Source of the DNA: Candidatus Hydrogenedentota bacterium
GTDB taxonomy: Bacteria; Hydrogenedentota; Hydrogenedentia; Hydrogenedentales; SLHB01
NCBI GenBank assembly: GCA_963745075.1
Contig: CAVUWV010000036.1
Coordinates: forward strand, 160,001-224,000
DNA: 64,000 nucleotides
Direction of reading: 5' to 3'
Part shown: piece by piece, positions 31,753 through 42,710 of the stretch
Numbering within the stretch: the stretch's first letter is position 1
Layout of the letters: the number at the start of each line of letters is the position of its first letter
Translations under genes and position numbers: made by a program
Notes under the pieces: model-generated
Told to the model about the DNA's origin: nothing
The model's database searches: none
Seen by the model: the letters and a program-made list of their open reading frames with translations, nothing else

Positions 31753-32289
31753 ATGCACATCGAATACGATGTCCTCGGCGACGACACCATCGCCGCGATC
31801 CGGGGTGACTGGGACGCGTTCGCATCCGCCAACGGTGCCGCGGCCCTTACCACCGATGCCGTTATCGGACGCAGTCTCTGGGAATTCGTCGAGGGGCAAA
31901 ACGTCCGCGCCTTGTACCGCATGCTGGTCGAACACGTCCGCGCGACCGGCAAACCGAAAGATTTCCAGTTCCATTGCGACGACAGCATATACGTCCGGCT
32001 CTTTCGTCTTATGATTTCATCCGCCGATGAAGGGAACGTGACGTTCTCGTCCACGCTGTTGGAACAACGCAAACGTCCCAATATGCCTTTGTTCGATTAC
32101 TCCCTGTCCCGGACCGACGATATCCTCACCGTGTGCAGCGTGTGCAAAAAGGTCAATTGCGACGACATCTGGCTCCCGGTCGAAGAAGCCCTCGCCCGTC
32201 TCGACCTCTTCGAAGAACCCCGGCTCCCCGAACTATCCCACGGCCTCTGCCCCGACTGTTTCGCAAAACTGCAAAGCACCATGAACTGA
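31753..32289 (+). CDS. PAS-like protein with C-terminal CxxC...CxxC motif
   Basis: WDAFASANG...VIGRSLWEFV (PAS-like); C-terminal VCSVCKKV...SHGLCPDC; GGAGG RBS. Confidence 0.7.
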   Translation: MHIEYDVLGDDTIAAIRGDWDAFASANGAAALTTDAVIGRSLWEFVEGQNVRALYRMLVEHVRATGKPKDFQFHCDDSIYVRLFRLMISSADEGNVTFSSTLLEQRKRPNMPLFDYSLSRTDDILTVCSVCKKVNCDDIWLPVEEALARLDLFEEPRLPELSHGLCPDCFAKLQSTMN

Positions 32290-32325
32290 ACCGAACGACC
32301 GGTGCAGCGAGTCCGCGCCCGGACC

Positions 32326-32355
32326 AAAAAGAGGCCCCCACGCCGTGAGGGCCTC
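32326..32355 (-). terminator. Probable intrinsic terminator between convergent genes
   Basis: GAGGCCC...GGGCCTC stem (32331-32355) followed by T5 on the minus strand. Confidence 0.6.
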
Positions 32356-32385
32356 ATGCGATTCTTCACTACGCCGTCCGAACGC

Positions 32386-34314
32386 TCACTTCACATGCGC
32401 GTGTTCTTCCTCGTGAACGCATTCGGTGCCCAGTTCACGAGCGGCGGCTTTGCGGACGTAGTCCTCCACGATGTCCGTGGACAACCATCCGAACTTGCCG
32501 TCCATCAGCGAATTGGTCACGGCGCTGAACTGATGGTTGTGGTTGTGTTTCACCGCGCGGAAGTTTTCTGCGATGCGGTCGCGGGCGTTGGCGCAATACA
32601 GATCGGCCAACTCCTGCGGGCTCGAATCGCCGGGGTTCTGACCAATCAAATATTCGGCGTAGGCGAGCGACGCGCCCATGGCGAACAGGTCGACACCCAC
32701 CTCGACGAAGTTCGCGAGGATCAACTGTTCGTACTCGAGCTTCTCGCGGTACTTGCCCATGGTGTGGAAGAGGGAGCGCGCGAGTTTCCGGCAGGCGCTA
32801 TCCACAAATTGAAGATGATCCTGGCAGGCCGGCGAGAGGTGTTTCACGTTGTAGTTGGTCCCGGACGGTAGCCACAGTTTCGGATACCAGCTCGCATAGA
32901 ACTTCACCGCCTTCCAGATGAGCGACATCTTGCTCTCGTCCTTGGCCAGTTTTGGATTCATGAGCGGCATGATCAATTTGAAGTGAGTATCCATGGCTTC
33001 ACGCGCCATGATGAGGTGCATGATTTCGCTCGACCCTTCGAAGATGCGACCCACGCGCGAGTCGCGTAGGAACCGCTCGACCGGTACCGGCTGTTCGCCC
33101 CGTTCGCGCAACGAATGCTCCGTCTCGTAGCCGCGACCCCCACGCACCTGCAGGTAATCGTCCAGCACGCGCCAGGTGGTTTCCGTGCAGAAGTACTTCG
33201 CGATGGCGGCTTCCAGACGGATGTCTGCGTTTTCCTTGTCGGCGAAGGCGCAGGCCAGCCACACCACGCTCTCCATGGCGAAGGTGTTCGCTCCCATGGT
33301 GGCAACCTTCTTCGCGATCGCCTGGTGTTTGCCGATGGGCACGCCCCACTGGACGCGATCGTTTATCCAGTTCTTCACTTCCTGGACGCACAGCTTGCAC
33401 GCCCCCGCTGACGCAGCGGGAATTCCGAGCCGCCCGGTGTTCAGCGTGGCCAAGGCAATCTTCAAGCCCTGCCCCGGCTGTCCGATGAGGTTTTCCGCTG
33501 GCACCTTCACGTTCTCGAATTTCAGCAGGCCGTTGGACAGACCTTTCAACCCCATGAACGAACACCGGTGCTCGACCAAATAACCGGGCATCGTCTTCTC
33601 TACGATAAACGCCGAGATTTGCGTGCGTTCCTTGCCCTTGATCATCTTCGGCGGCGTTTGGGCCATGACGACAAGAATGTCCGCGTCCGGTCCATTCGTG
33701 CACCACAGTTTCTCCCCGTTCAACAGGTAGTAGGATCCGTCTTCGGACGGCGTGGCCGTCGTACTCATCTTCCCGGGATCGGAACCAACGTCCGGCTCCG
33801 TCAACGCGAACGCCGAGATCTCCCCCGCGGCCAAGCGCGGGAGGAACTTCTTCTTTTGTTCATCGGTGCCGTACATTTTTAACGGTTGCGGCACGCCGAT
33901 ACTCTGGTGCGCGGAAATCCACGTCGTCGTGCTCTGGCAATAACTCCCCATCAACGAGAGCACGCGGCTGTAGTTGGTCTGGGACAAACCAATGCCACCG
34001 TACTCCTTCGAGATCTTCATGCCAAACGCGCCCGCTTCGGCAAAAGCGCGCAAGGCCTCTTTCGGGTACTCGCCGCTTTCGTCAATTTCGATGGGATCGA
34101 CGTACTTCTCCAGCACCGCGCGGATCTTGGCGATATACTCGTCACCGGCCTTCTTGTCCTCGGGGTCCTGCGCGGGATACGGGTGCATCAAGTCCCACCG
34201 GAACTTGCCCCGGAACAATTCCGCGGTAAAGCTCGGGAATTTCCACTCGGTTTGCCGAGCCTCCTCGGCCAAATCCATTGCTTTTTCTTTCGCTTTATTG
34301 TCGACTTCTGCCAT
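32386..34314 (-). CDS. Long-form acyl-CoA dehydrogenase (VLCAD-like), paralogue 1
   Basis: SAHQSIG, AFALTEPDVGSD, LNGEKLWCTNG, LNTGRL, QVRGGRGYET and RIFEGSSEI. Confidence 0.93.
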   Translation of the reverse strand: MAEVDNKAKEKAMDLAEEARQTEWKFPSFTAELFRGKFRWDLMHPYPAQDPEDKKAGDEYIAKIRAVLEKYVDPIEIDESGEYPKEALRAFAEAGAFGMKISKEYGGIGLSQTNYSRVLSLMGSYCQSTTTWISAHQSIGVPQPLKMYGTDEQKKKFLPRLAAGEISAFALTEPDVGSDPGKMSTTATPSEDGSYYLLNGEKLWCTNGPDADILVVMAQTPPKMIKGKERTQISAFIVEKTMPGYLVEHRCSFMGLKGLSNGLLKFENVKVPAENLIGQPGQGLKIALATLNTGRLGIPAASAGACKLCVQEVKNWINDRVQWGVPIGKHQAIAKKVATMGANTFAMESVVWLACAFADKENADIRLEAAIAKYFCTETTWRVLDDYLQVRGGRGYETEHSLRERGEQPVPVERFLRDSRVGRIFEGSSEIMHLIMAREAMDTHFKLIMPLMNPKLAKDESKMSLIWKAVKFYASWYPKLWLPSGTNYNVKHLSPACQDHLQFVDSACRKLARSLFHTMGKYREKLEYEQLILANFVEVGVDLFAMGASLAYAEYLIGQNPGDSSPQELADLYCANARDRIAENFRAVKHNHNHQFSAVTNSLMDGKFGWLSTDIVEDYVRKAAARELGTECVHEEEHAHVK

Positions 34315-34594
34315 GGCTGTTCACCCCGAGGTTATTTTGCGACTGACGGAAACCTACCTACAGGTAGTTAGATTACCCAGTATAGGTCAAAAGTCCTACC
34401 TTGTCTACTCTTTATGAATGGCCGGATTGCCACCACCCCCGTTTCAACTCCCCGCTATTATACCCGATGCCGTGCGACATGCGGAAACCCCATAACGAAC
34501 GGACGGTCTGGACAATATGGACACCGTGCACGAGGGATCAACGGCCATCGAGTCCATCTACCCCATCGCGGTCTCCATACCGTCCATCCATTGA

Positions 34595-34623
34595 TTGACA
34601 AAAACCCAAGCATACACTAGACT
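34595..34623 (+). promoter_or_regulatory. Sigma70-type promoter of acyl-CoA dehydrogenase paralogue 2
   Basis: TTGACA (34595-34600)-N17-TAGACT (34618-34623), about 45 nt upstream of ATG 34670. Confidence 0.6.
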
Positions 34624-34669
34624 TACACCTTCACGCCGGACAGTCACCACTCACGTAAGGGATCCCGCC

Positions 34670-36613
34670 ATGAGTTCGAGTGAGAATCACGAAAAACAGG
34701 CTGCCATGGACCTCGCCGAAGATTCGCGCCAAAAGGAATGGGTCGATCCCAGTTTCGTGGCCGAACTGTTTCGCGGCGAATTCCGATGGGATCTGATGCA
34801 TCCGTTCCCGGTTCAGGACCCCGAGGACAAGCGCATCGGCGACGAATACATCGAAAAACTGCGTAAAGTCCTCGAACAGCATATCGATCCCGAGGCCGTC
34901 GACCGGAACGGCGAAGTTCCGCAGGCCGCCTTCGATGCCTTGAAACAAATCGGCTGTTTCGGCCTGAAGATCGCCAAAGAGTACGGTGGTCTCGGCTTTT
35001 CCCAGACCAACTACAACCGGGTTCTAGGGTACATGTCGACCTATTGCACGTCGACCTCGGTCTACGTGTCCTCGCACCTGAGCATCGGGGTCCCCCAACC
35101 GTTGAAACTCTTCGGCACCGAGGAGCAACGCAAAAAGTTCATGCCGCGCCTCGCCAGGGGCGCCATTTCCGCCTTTGCCCTGACGGAACCCGCCGTCGGC
35201 TCCGATCCCGCGAAAATGAGCACCACAGCTACGCCTTCCGAAGACGGGTCCTACTACCGCCTCAATGGGGAAAAACTCTGGTGCACCAACGGGCCTGTTG
35301 CGGAAATCCTTGTCGTCATGGCGGTTACGCCTTCGAAAATCGTCCATGGCAAGGAGAAGAAGCAAATCACGGCCTTCATCGTCGAGACCGATACGCCCGG
35401 ATTCGAGGTGGCCCACGTCTGCCAATTCATGGGGTGCCGCGGCATCCGGAACGGGTTGCTCCGCTTCAACGACGTCAAGGTGCCGGCTGAAAATATGATC
35501 GGCGAACCGGGCCAGGGCCTGAAGATCGCGCTAACTACCCTGAACACCGGCCGGTTAACGGTGCCGGGAACCTGCGCCGCCGGCGCGCGCATGGCCCTCC
35601 ACGCGTGCCGGGACTGGGTCAACGAACGCGTCCAATGGGGCGCCCCTATCGGCCGCCATCAGGCCGTCGGGAAAATGCTCGCCAACATGGTGGCCGACAC
35701 CTTCGCTATGGATAGCATCGATGCGCTGTGTTGCGCCTACGCCGACCGCGGCGGTGTCGACATCCGCCTCGAAGCGGCCATGGCCAAATACTACGCGACC
35801 GAGACCACGTGGCGCATTTGCGATGACTTCATCCAGGTGCGCGGCGGCCGCGGCTACGAAACCGCGGAGTCCCTGCGCAAGCGTGGCGAGAAACCTATCC
35901 CTGCCGAGATGGCCATGCGAAACGCTCGCGTGTCCCGCATCATCGAAGGCACCAGCGAAGTCATGCAGCTCTTCATCGCCCGGGAAGCCATGGACACCCA
36001 CGTCAGCCGCGTGATGCCCATCCTCATGCCGAAGCCCGGCGATAAGTCCAGTAGATTCAAACACATCCTGAATGCTGCGAAGTTTTACCTGCGTTGGTAT
36101 CCCAAAACCTGGCTGCCCGCGGGCGGATTTTCCAGCAAGACCCTATCCGCCGCGAATCAGGCCCATCTTCGCTACATCGGCAAGAGCGCCAAACGCTTGG
36201 CGCGCAGCATGTTCCACACCATAGTGAAGTTCGGGCCCAAACTCGAGCGGGAACAATTGATTCTCGCAGATTTTGTGAATGTCGGCACCGACCTCTTTGC
36301 CATGGCCGCCAGCCTCGCCCGGGCCGAACGGCTACTGGCCGACCATTCCGGCGACCAGGATCTCCAGAACGTGGTGGACCTGTTCTGCTGCAATGCCCGA
36401 AAACGGATCGAAGCGGCCTTCAATTCCGTCAAGCGGAATCACAATCGCCTGATCGACAAAGTCTCCCGGTCCTATGTGGATGGCAAATACACCTGGATGG
36501 TGCAGGACGTCTACGACGCCTTCCCGCCGATCCTGGATCCCGCCGAACTGGCCGCCATGGCGGCCGCAAACGAGGCACAGCCCGACACGGCCGAACCCGC
36601 CACGCGATCCTGA
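34670..36613 (+). CDS. Long-form acyl-CoA dehydrogenase (VLCAD-like), paralogue 2
   Basis: AFALTEPAVGSD, LNGEKLWCTNG, QVRGGRGYET and RIIEGTSEV; collinear with paralogue 1. Confidence 0.93.
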   Translation: MSSSENHEKQAAMDLAEDSRQKEWVDPSFVAELFRGEFRWDLMHPFPVQDPEDKRIGDEYIEKLRKVLEQHIDPEAVDRNGEVPQAAFDALKQIGCFGLKIAKEYGGLGFSQTNYNRVLGYMSTYCTSTSVYVSSHLSIGVPQPLKLFGTEEQRKKFMPRLARGAISAFALTEPAVGSDPAKMSTTATPSEDGSYYRLNGEKLWCTNGPVAEILVVMAVTPSKIVHGKEKKQITAFIVETDTPGFEVAHVCQFMGCRGIRNGLLRFNDVKVPAENMIGEPGQGLKIALTTLNTGRLTVPGTCAAGARMALHACRDWVNERVQWGAPIGRHQAVGKMLANMVADTFAMDSIDALCCAYADRGGVDIRLEAAMAKYYATETTWRICDDFIQVRGGRGYETAESLRKRGEKPIPAEMAMRNARVSRIIEGTSEVMQLFIAREAMDTHVSRVMPILMPKPGDKSSRFKHILNAAKFYLRWYPKTWLPAGGFSSKTLSAANQAHLRYIGKSAKRLARSMFHTIVKFGPKLEREQLILADFVNVGTDLFAMAASLARAERLLADHSGDQDLQNVVDLFCCNARKRIEAAFNSVKRNHNRLIDKVSRSYVDGKYTWMVQDVYDAFPPILDPAELAAMAAANEAQPDTAEPATRS

Positions 36614-36634
36614 TCGGTAGGCCCCTACGTTTCG

Positions 36635-37585
36635 TCACTCCGCATTATCGAAACGGGGAATGGAGATTAGCGGTAAGCTCGGCGGTGCGGCGTTCACGGC
36701 GACACTGGCGGAATCCGATTCGTCTCCCGGTGCAGCCTCCGTGGTGGTACTGGCAGCGGTTGCTGACGAAGCGACGTTTCCGGACGCCGCAAGGTCCACA
36801 TTTACCACAACCTGGAAAACGGCGCCTTCATTCTTGATGACGGCCCCCTTGGAGAACTGGACTGCACCGGTCGCTCCTACCGACGGCGCCGAAATGCTGA
36901 ATCCCGTGCCCGTCGTGACGCTCGCCGAAACGAAGGTCGTGTTCGCCGGAACGGCCTGAGTCACGGTCACGTTCTGCGCACTGCTGAGTCCGTTGTTGAC
37001 GAAGGCATACTGATAGGTAAGGTTGTTCCCGGCATCCACCGGGTCCGGCGTGCCGACCATGCCGCTGATGGCCAGATCGGCCTCGGCGGACACGGTGGTT
37101 TGCTCGGTGGGGTTCTCATCCCCGGGGTTGGTGTCGGCCTGATCGGCGACCACGCTGGCCGCGCCATTCAAAATGGTCCCGTCGGGCGTAGTGGACGCCA
37201 CCCGAACCGTGATGCTGAATGACGCCGTCTCGCCCGAAGTTACCGTGCCCTTGCTGAACTGGGCGCCAAAACCGCCACCCGGGTCCGGCACCACAGTGAC
37301 CGACCAACCGGTGCCGGTCAACACCTGGAAGTTGACCAGGGTTGTATTCGCTGGATCGTATTGGGTCACCGCAACGTTCGTCGCGTCAGCGCCCCCGTTG
37401 TGAGCCAACGACATCGTGTACACCAGCAAATCGCCGGCAACCACCGGGTCCGTGCCATCGGAAAGCGTCAAACTCAAGTCTTGCGCAAACGCGGGTGCAC
37501 TCAGCAACATCGCGACAAAAAGTACGGGTAATGGTACAAGTGTCCGGACGCGGCAAAACTTGGCTGTGCCAGCCTGTGGAAGCAT
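36635..37585 (-). CDS. Secreted DUF11-repeat protein (two Ig-like repeats)
   Basis: Signal ending APAFA-Q; DLSLTLSDGTDPVVAGDLLVYT and ADLAI...PDPVDAGNNLTY repeats. Confidence 0.8.
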   Translation of the reverse strand: MLPQAGTAKFCRVRTLVPLPVLFVAMLLSAPAFAQDLSLTLSDGTDPVVAGDLLVYTMSLAHNGGADATNVAVTQYDPANTTLVNFQVLTGTGWSVTVVPDPGGGFGAQFSKGTVTSGETASFSITVRVASTTPDGTILNGAASVVADQADTNPGDENPTEQTTVSAEADLAISGMVGTPDPVDAGNNLTYQYAFVNNGLSSAQNVTVTQAVPANTTFVSASVTTGTGFSISAPSVGATGAVQFSKGAVIKNEGAVFQVVVNVDLAASGNVASSATAASTTTEAAPGDESDSASVAVNAAPPSLPLISIPRFDNAE

Positions 37586-38089
37586 GGTGCTACTCCTTCC
37601 TTCGAGATCAGTGGCGCCCACGGGAACGCGCCCGCCCAGTTGCGGACGCCCCGTACTTGAATCGTCGGTATACTTGGAAACCCAGCCCCATTTAGTATAC
37701 CTCAAAACGAAACGATTGTTAACGAATAAACGGGGTAGAAACCAGCGCACCTGCGGGGAATTCTGAATTTGCTCCGGCGCCACCAGGCGACACGTGCGAG
37801 AGGAAGGAATTCTGTAAAAATTGAGCTAAAAAAAGGAAAAGACCGGAGCGAAGCGCGCTCACCTTTCGCTACACTCCTGCTTCAACCCAAAAACCGGCGG
37901 TTGAATGAAACTAATGCCGTTTTTACCCAATCAAGACCACAGTCGCCCCCGGCTGCGGCCGGTCGAAGACTCGGAGTACACCACATGCCGGTCGCCACGT
38001 TCTATCAAAACCCTTGGGGGTCCATCTTAACGACGATGCCATCTCTTCAAATGCCGTTCTTAGGTCCTAGCGCTACCGAATCTCGGCCG

Positions 38090-41000
38090 CTACTCCTTCC
38101 CACGATGTGAACGGCGTAATCTGAAGCTCGCCACCCAGTGACCCACCCAGGCCACGGCCAGGAGCAGGATGAGATTGACAAAACCGCTGGGTTGCGAAAG
38201 CCCGCCCACCGCCGCCTTGGATACGGCCGGCACATTTGCATCGGCCGGTCCGAGGACAATGGCGCCTCCGTGGTTGACGAGGATGCCCAGGTACTGTTGC
38301 CCGTTCACGTCGAGCACATAGCGTTCGGGCGCGGCCAACCAACCGTCGACGGCGTCGCCCGGCAGCCACTGTCCCGAGGCACCGTCTTCGTCGAAGTAAT
38401 ACACGTCCGTCGCGTCAGCGGATACACCCTCCGGCACCGGAATCCACACCCGTTGGGCCATCCTGTACGGCGTCGCCGGGCCCACATCGTACGCCGCGCC
38501 GACTGCGCCCGGCAGAACCGGCAAGTCCTGCGCATCACGCAGGGCCAGGAATACCTGGTCGTTGGATTCCACCGTCAGGTCCAGGCCGGACGAGTCGAAA
38601 TCGCTATACGCCGGTTGCGGCGCCAGGTCGGACAGTTTCATGGCCGAGCCGCTCCCGACGCGGAAGACGGCGGTGAGGGTTCCCGCATCGCGGCCGTTCA
38701 CCGTGACGCCGCCCGCGGTCATGGTGATCTTCTCGCCGTCCTGCCAGGGGACTAACGGGGTGTACTGCACCCAGACGTCATTTCCGTCCCCGCCGGCGGC
38801 CGGCACAATCGTGACCCCGGCTGCGTCCAGCGCCGTTTCGGAATAGATATTCGCCCAGACGCGCTCCGGATCGATGGATTCGCCCGCGTTCAACCGCACG
38901 GCAATAGCGTCCGTGGGACCAGCGACGTGGTATCCATCGTCATCCCTCTTAGCGGGAAGCACGCTCGCGTAGGACGCCTTCGATATGTTGATGTAGCCGG
39001 TGTCCGCGCCGCTGGGGTCGCTCTCGCCACAGATCCCCCGGGCTTTGACTTGGTAGTAGTAAAGCATTGGTACGGTTGTCGACGAACAACCGCTGCTCGA
39101 CGTGGTGGTGCCTACGTCGAAGTCGTCGTAAACCAGATCGGCAATCCAGTCGGTTACGGGTACCGCATTTGAGAAGTTCGACTTGGTCGAACGGAAAACC
39201 CGATACGCGTCGGCCCCGGGAACGGCGGACCACGTAACCTGGACCTTGTCGTTGTAGGTTCCGTCCGATGCGGCGGTGTAGTCACTGGCCGGGTTGTTCC
39301 CGACGGTGAGTTGATTCGTCGAGACTTCCGGAACGGCGTTCACGGTCAGCGTCGCTTCCTGCGTCATCAGGTCGGCGCCGCAGGCGTTGCTCAACACCGC
39401 GCGATAGACGTACCCATCCATGTCTTCGGTCACGTCGAGCAGCTTTAGCTTCTTGGCTGTCTCACCCGGCAGGTCGACAAAACCCGATCCATCGTTCACC
39501 TGCCAATGAATGGACGGCTCCGGTGTGCCGGTAGCGTCGAGTGTGAACACCGTCTTCATGCCGACACACCCGTCCGTATTCTGCGGTTCCTGGGTAATCG
39601 TGGTGCCGGTATTGACCGTGAGGGTCGTCTCCGTGGTGTAGTCTTCGCTGCACATGTTGCTCACATACGCACGGTAGACGTTGCCGCTCTGATCCGCGGA
39701 CGCGGTGAAGGAGAGGGTCGCGCCCGTTTCGCTCGGAAGGTTCACGAATCCGCTGCCTTCGTCCACCTGCCACTGGATATCCGGCGTTGGATCGCCCGTC
39801 GCCGTTACGGCGAACGTGGCTGTTTCACCCACACAGACGATGTCCGTGTCGACGTAGTCCACGATGGTCACCGCACCGCAGACGGTCGTGGTTTCGTCGT
39901 CCGTGTTGTTCCCCGGCACGCTGTCGCTGGAGCTGCTGGTGGCCGTGGCCGTGGCATCGATCGTATCCCCGCTGGTTGCACCGGGATCGACGTGAACCAC
40001 TACCTCAAAGGTCGCCATATCGCTCGCCGGCATGGTCGACTTGGAAAAGACCACGTTCCCCGTACTGCCCACGGACGGCATTGCGGGGGTCCACCCGGTT
40101 CCGGTGATCACCGACGCCGATACGAAGATCGTATTTGCCGGCACCGCCTCCGTCACCGACACGGATTGGGCATCGCTCGGGCCGTTGTTCGTGACATCGA
40201 TGGTGTAGGCGAGGTTGACGCCAGGGTCTACCGGATCCGGGCTGTCGCCCAACGTCATCGCGAGGTCGGCATCCACCGCCACCGTCGTCGACGCAGTCCC
40301 GGTTTCATCGCCCGCGTTGGCTTCGGCAGTCGCGGATTGAGCTGTAGCGGAGGCATTGATGGTCGTCCCGCTCGCCGTGTCCGAAGCGACGAGCACGACG
40401 ATTTCAAACTCGGCGCTTTCTCCCGCCGCGACGGCGCTCTTGGCGAACTCGATGTTACCGGTTCCCCCGACCGACGGCAGGGTCGGCGTCCAGCCGGCGC
40501 CGCTGGTGGCCGAGGCGCCGATAAACCTAGTGTTCGACGGTACCGCCTGAGTCACGGTGACTGTCCGCGGCGTCGCTCGGACCCGCATTCGTGAAGGATA
40601 CGGTGTAGGTCAGATTCTCGCCGGCAATCACCGGATCCGGAGAATCGCCCAGCGTGGTTTGCAGGTCCGCCTTGACTTCTACCGAAGTCGACGCACTGTC
40701 GGATTCGTCACCCGGACTCGCTTCTGTCGTGGAACTGGTCGCCGACGCGGATGCGTTGATGGTCGTGCCATTGGCCGTACCGGCCCCGACTTTCACGACG
40801 ATTTCGAACTCGGCGGAGTCGCTGGGGCCGCTGGCGGTCTTGGAAAAAATGACGTTGCCTGCACCGCCGACCGCGGGCGAACTCAACGACCAGCCCGTCC
40901 CGGTGCTCGCACTGGCGGATACAAAGGTGGTATTCACCGGAACGGCCTGCAGAACCGTCACTGAGTTGGCGTTACTCGGGCCGGCGTTATCGTAGGAGAC

Positions 41001-42416
41001 CGTGTAGGTCAGGTTGGCGCCCGCGACCACGGGGTCCGGCGAGTCGGACAGATGGATCTGCGCGTTCGCCCGTGCCGTGGTCGTGGTCAACGTCGAAGCG
41101 CTGTTGTTCGTTAAATCCGGGTCGTCGATTTGGTTGGTCGCAGACACGTTGGCGCCGACCGCCGTTCCGCTGGCCGTGGCGGGATCGACCTTGACAACCA
41201 CTTCCAGTTCGGCGGTATCCCCCGATGGCGACGAATACTTCTCGAAGGTCACGTCTCCGGTCCCGCCTACGGACGGCGCCGATGATCCCCAACCCGTCCC
41301 GGAATTAATGCTTGCCGACACAAAAGACGTGTTTGCCGGCGTGGGTAAGGTGACTTCGACAGACGCGGCGGAATTCGGACCGTTGTTCGTGTACGGAATC
41401 GTGTAGGTGATCGTGTCGCCCGCATCCGCCGGATCGGGGGCGTCACTGATGTCAACGTCCAGGTCCGCTTTTCGGTGGAAGAACGTCGTTGCCGTCGCGG
41501 TGTTGTTGGAAGCCACCGGGTCGGTGGTTGTACTGGCCGCCGTTGCGCTGGCACTCACATCCCCGCCGTCAGTAATGGCGCTGGAGGATTTCACAACGAT
41601 TTGGAAGACGGCGCCCTCGCTCTTGCCCACCGTGGATCGGGAGAACACCACGTTGCCGGTCCCGCCGACGCTCGGCGCCGAAGTGATAGTCCATCCCGAT
41701 CCGGCATTCAGGTTGGCGGACACGTACGTCGTACTCGTCGGTGTGGGAAGGGTCATGGTCACGTCCTGCGCGCTGCTGGGACCGCTATTCGACAGGGTGA
41801 TCAGGTAAGTGATGTTGCTTCCCGGCGTCGCGGGATCCGGGGAATCCGTCATGACGACCCCAAGGTCCGCCTGGGTCGAGACGGTCGTCTGTTCGGTCGC
41901 GGTATCGTCGGCGGGGTATTCGTCCGTTTCGTTCGCCGTCACCGTCGCCGACCCGTTGATGACCGAGCCGCTCGCGGTCGTCGCGTCAACCCGAACCGTG
42001 ACCGTGAATGTGGCGGTTTCACCGGAGGCAACGGTATCTTTGGTGAATTGCGCCCCAAAGCCGCCACTGCCATCCGGCGTAATCGTGTTATTCCATCCCG
42101 CGGCAGGAGCTTGGACTGACGAAGTTGCGAAGAAAGTGCCGGCGGGCGCGAACTGCGTAACCGCAACCCCCGTGGCGCTATCGGTTCCGTTGTTCGAGAA
42201 CGAAATGGTGTAGGTCAGTAGGTTGCCCGCAACGACAGGGTCTGGAGAATCGCTGACCGACAAACTAAGGTCGTGGGCATAGGCGATCTTGGTTTCAGCG
42301 ATGGCGGTACCCGGCGCGAACGCTCCAAAGGCCATACACACGAGCAAGATGGCGATGGTAGCAATCCTAGAATAAGAGGTCGTGGCGGCCCCCAACCGAA
42401 CACGATACGGATCCAT
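38090..42416 (-). CDS. Large surface protein with ~6 DUF11 repeats, Ig-like and FN3-like domains and a C-terminal TM anchor (frameshift ~40570)
   Basis: Repeated DL....DSPDPV.AG..LTYT...N.GPS.A; Ig-like segments (IQWQVDEGSGF, YRA.VSN.C); FN3-like VQVTWSAVPGADAYRVFR and YYYQVKA; hydrophobic C-terminus plus basic tail. Confidence 0.85.
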
Positions 42417-42479
42417 GCGAAACTCTCCTTCCACTGCGTAGGTAGCTTGATCCGGCGAAACTCAATATATAGTGGAGAT

Positions 42480-42508
42480 AGAATACAGTATCCCTCCAAA
42501 TTGTGCAA
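42480..42508 (-). promoter_or_regulatory. Candidate sigma70 promoter for the large DUF11 gene
   Basis: Minus strand TTGCAC-N17-TATTCT in an AT-rich region about 65 nt upstream of the ATG. Confidence 0.45.
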
Positions 42509-42710
42509 TAATTTATTGACAAATTCACCTAATACTCATTTAGCCATATAGTGATTCGGGTATTCGGCGGGGTTTCGGCGCGGACCATCCTGTATAAGTC
42601 ACCGCTTACAAGAGACTTACACTGTAATCAAGAATCTCCTGCGCACAGATCTTCCAGGGAGCGTTGCCCATCACGCCGTGGCGCGATTCTCGGGCGGTGA
42701 GAAATGCAGA

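Noticed and set aside
37600..38080. c-di-GMP riboswitch or ncRNA between the DUF11 genes
   Set aside because: No recognisable GEMM motif or other supportable RNA structure was found by eye.
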